A program made the position numbers and the translations under genes. The notes below the pieces were generated by a model that worked only from the letters and a program-made list of their open reading frames with translations, made no database searches and had not been told where the DNA came from. Shown piece after piece: positions 61,693-64,000 of a stretch of 64,000 bases of DNA (positions are counted from its first letter, which is position 1; every line of letters begins with the position of its first letter). The DNA comes from an uncultured bacterium (lineage in GTDB: Bacteria > Fidelibacterota > Marinisomatia > Marinisomatales > UBA1611), in contig CALSPG010000001.1 of assembly GCA_943788175.1 (NCBI GenBank), positions 224,001 to 288,000 of the forward strand, given 5' to 3'.

Positions 61693-63837
61693 TTATTTTA
61701 TTAAATTATTTGACGTTACACTGTAACTAGAATGAAGATTCTTTTTAATATCATTAATATTACTCCAAACTGGTTTCATTTTTTTCTCTGAAAATAATTT
61801 TGATTGATTATTAAAAAATTTTGAATTTTTATCATTTGTACTAGATCCGAATTGATGAATAGACTTTGCGCTTACTTTCCCTTCCGGGCTCCATTCAACT
61901 ATTTGAACATAACAGTCACCAACTTTTGCAACCATCCTGCCATCTTCCCAAGTTGAATATATAGCTCTCATATTTCCAGGACCACCATCGAGCGGATAGC
62001 TAACATCACCTCTTATTAGACGCTGTACTTGTCCAAGGGGAACATCAAACCTTCCAAAACTACTTTTTAATTTAGAAATAGATTCTTTTAAATTTTTAGT
62101 AATTTGAGTAAGATCATGCTCGTAGTTAGAAATATCAAACTCAAGGGGGAATGTAAGAATCGCTAATGCAGCAGCTCTATTATCAAAGTCTGTTCTTAAA
62201 TTCCAATTTTTTAGCAAGTCCACAGCTGCTAATAATTCTAAATCTTCAGTTTTAAAGTCTTCAATAAAACTATCAATAGCAAATGCCATTACTGAATTTT
62301 TTGCATACTGATTATCAAATTTATAATTATAAAATTCACTTCTACTAATTTTACGATCTCCTCCGTAAAGTTTTATAGCTCTAAGCGATCTATTTGTTTG
62401 ATGAGTCTCAATACCGGCATCCTTTGTGATACCCTTTGAGGTTATCTCTTCAAGAAAACCCGTAGCTAAAAATGGGTTGGCATTACAATTTTGGAAATAC
62501 CCAGAAGGTGGATTTGTAGTTTGAGGAAGATTTTGAAATTTTATATATTCATTCCAGTTGGTTTTAGATGTGTTACCCTTAACAATTTGATTCCAATTAT
62601 AGCCCTTACTCCTTTTTGGTATTAGTGCATTATATACATAAAAGATATTTCCTTCTTTATCAGCATACCCAGTGTTGTACATTGGTAGCGCCTGCATTTC
62701 CATAGCACTTTTAAATTCTTTCATGTTCTTTGATTTATTCATTCTATAAAACTGCTCTACAGTCCTCATTTCATTTATTCCTGCATATTTTATTGCGTAC
62801 GTACCATGTGATTGTTTCAATACAGGTCCATGAATAGATTTATATACTTTCTTTTTAACTGTCCACTTAAAAGGCCCGAGAATCTTTATTTTTAATTTTA
62901 TTTCTCTAGAATCTAAATTTTTCCATTCTCCATCATAAAAATATTGATTTTCATTTAATGGATTTATTTCCAATTCGTAAATATCAATTAAATCAGGGTT
63001 ATTGGAGGTAAAAGACCAACCAATATTTTCATTATGACCATGATTTACCAAAGGCGAACCTGGAAATAGTCCACCAGTCATATTTAGACCATCTTCGCTA
63101 TGTATTTGCGCTTCATACCATGCTGTCGGACCGCTCCATGGTTGATGTGTATTTAATAAAAGTCTAGTATATCCATCCTCGGATTTAATAGGTGCAACTG
63201 CGATAACATTACTACCAATTAAATCAATATTCAGAGGATCAAAATCATCATTTTTAGAATTAATATTTGAAGAAAAGCTTGGTTTACTACTTTTAAATAA
63301 TTTACCTAAAACTTTTTCTATACCGTATAAATAAGGAATTTGATACATCCATCCAGCAATGATGTCCTTCCCCGTTAGCGGAAATAATTCTTTTTCTACC
63401 TCTTGTTGATGTTCAAATGCATATTTATTAATGCCCTGAGCATATGCTTCACAAATAAGCTTAATATGTTCAGGAATTTCATCATCATAACGGTTATTTA
63501 TATCCTCCCAAACGCCAATAAGTTCAACATAATAGTCAACAGGTGAAAATTTAACTCCATACTTGGCGCCAAGCATACCTCTAGCACCCAATAGAAGATC
63601 TTGAATAGTTTTAAAATCATCCTCTGCATGTGCGAATGCAAGTCCGAAGACAGCATCCGCATCTGTTTTTCCAAAAATATGAGGTACGCCCATAATATCT
63701 CTATATATATCTGCTGAAAAAGTTCTAGTTGAGTTATCTACTTTACTTGTCATAAAAGGAGCCATAGAGCTACATGAATAAACACTAAACAGAATAAAAA
63801 CCAATATTATATGAATTCGATTTATTATTTGTATCAA
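61693..63837 (-). CDS. penicillin/cephalosporin/AHL acylase family Ntn-hydrolase (S45)
   Basis: RDIMGVPHI, GLAFAHAED, GSN nucleophile site, NTHQPW, QNCN; signal/lipobox-like N-terminus. Confidence 0.92.
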   Translation of the reverse strand: MIQIINRIHIILVFILFSVYSCSSMAPFMTSKVDNSTRTFSADIYRDIMGVPHIFGKTDADAVFGLAFAHAEDDFKTIQDLLLGARGMLGAKYGVKFSPVDYYVELIGVWEDINNRYDDEIPEHIKLICEAYAQGINKYAFEHQQEVEKELFPLTGKDIIAGWMYQIPYLYGIEKVLGKLFKSSKPSFSSNINSKNDDFDPLNIDLIGSNVIAVAPIKSEDGYTRLLLNTHQPWSGPTAWYEAQIHSEDGLNMTGGLFPGSPLVNHGHNENIGWSFTSNNPDLIDIYELEINPLNENQYFYDGEWKNLDSREIKLKIKILGPFKWTVKKKVYKSIHGPVLKQSHGTYAIKYAGINEMRTVEQFYRMNKSKNMKEFKSAMEMQALPMYNTGYADKEGNIFYVYNALIPKRSKGYNWNQIVKGNTSKTNWNEYIKFQNLPQTTNPPSGYFQNCNANPFLATGFLEEITSKGITKDAGIETHQTNRSLRAIKLYGGDRKISRSEFYNYKFDNQYAKNSVMAFAIDSFIEDFKTEDLELLAAVDLLKNWNLRTDFDNRAAALAILTFPLEFDISNYEHDLTQITKNLKESISKLKSSFGRFDVPLGQVQRLIRGDVSYPLDGGPGNMRAIYSTWEDGRMVAKVGDCYVQIVEWSPEGKVSAKSIHQFGSSTNDKNSKFFNNQSKLFSEKKMKPVWSNINDIKKNLHSSYSVTSNNLIK

Positions 63838-64000
63838 AGCGTAAACACTCCTAACTATTTAAATTTGATTTCATTCTATTTTTTAAAAACAAGACTATGC
63901 TATTTACTTGATTTTTATTTGATGCGGTAAAAGTTGTTAAATATTTATTATTTATATTAATTCTATAACCTAAAATGCTATTACCTCTTAGATTTACGTT

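Noticed and set aside
1-64000. Genome-wide TGA reassignment (Trp or Gly)
   Set aside because: TGA is a normal stop in several genes (11110, 12093, 23543) and Trp is encoded by TGG. Only 21976 shows in-frame read-through with a SECIS-like hairpin.

Overview
AT-rich (about 30% GC by eye), very densely packed bacterial chromosome segment with about 55 genes. Gene style and content (GldAFG-type ABC with DUF4340, stand-alone GroES, many MORN-variant proteins, many secreted peptidases) suggest a streamlined marine FCB-group heterotroph such as Ca. Marinimicrobia; this taxonomy is inference. Main content: peptide scavenging (M1, M3, M15, M28, S9 and S45 peptidases, two amidohydrolases, a Yej/Opp-type ABC importer, an AGCS symporter), leuS, lepB, rnhB, suhB, yciH, tRNA-Gly(GCC), and a propeller-sensor kinase / receiver / adenylate cyclase signalling operon. 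Several genes are split by single-base indels, most likely consensus errors, clustered at 15-19 kb and 23.6-26.8 kb. The strongest hidden feature, missed by the ORF track, is a lipoprotein selenoprotein gene (21841..23013). It has an in-frame TGA in a C-G-U motif of a degenerate UshA/5'-nucleotidase fold and an fdhF-like SECIS hairpin 11 nt downstream. It lies in an apparent operon with yciH, a membrane-anchored rhodanese and a MauE/DoxX protein. Other notable items: a tandem DHp-only module in front of a receiver-adenylate cyclase, a PDZ domain inserted inside a SnoaL/NTF2-like fold, a separately transcribed secreted poly-lysine miniprotein, a CruF plus methyltransferase pair, an HPD-less J-like membrane protein, and candidate CTG/ATT start codons. 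No CRISPR array, rRNA, integrase or transposase was seen.
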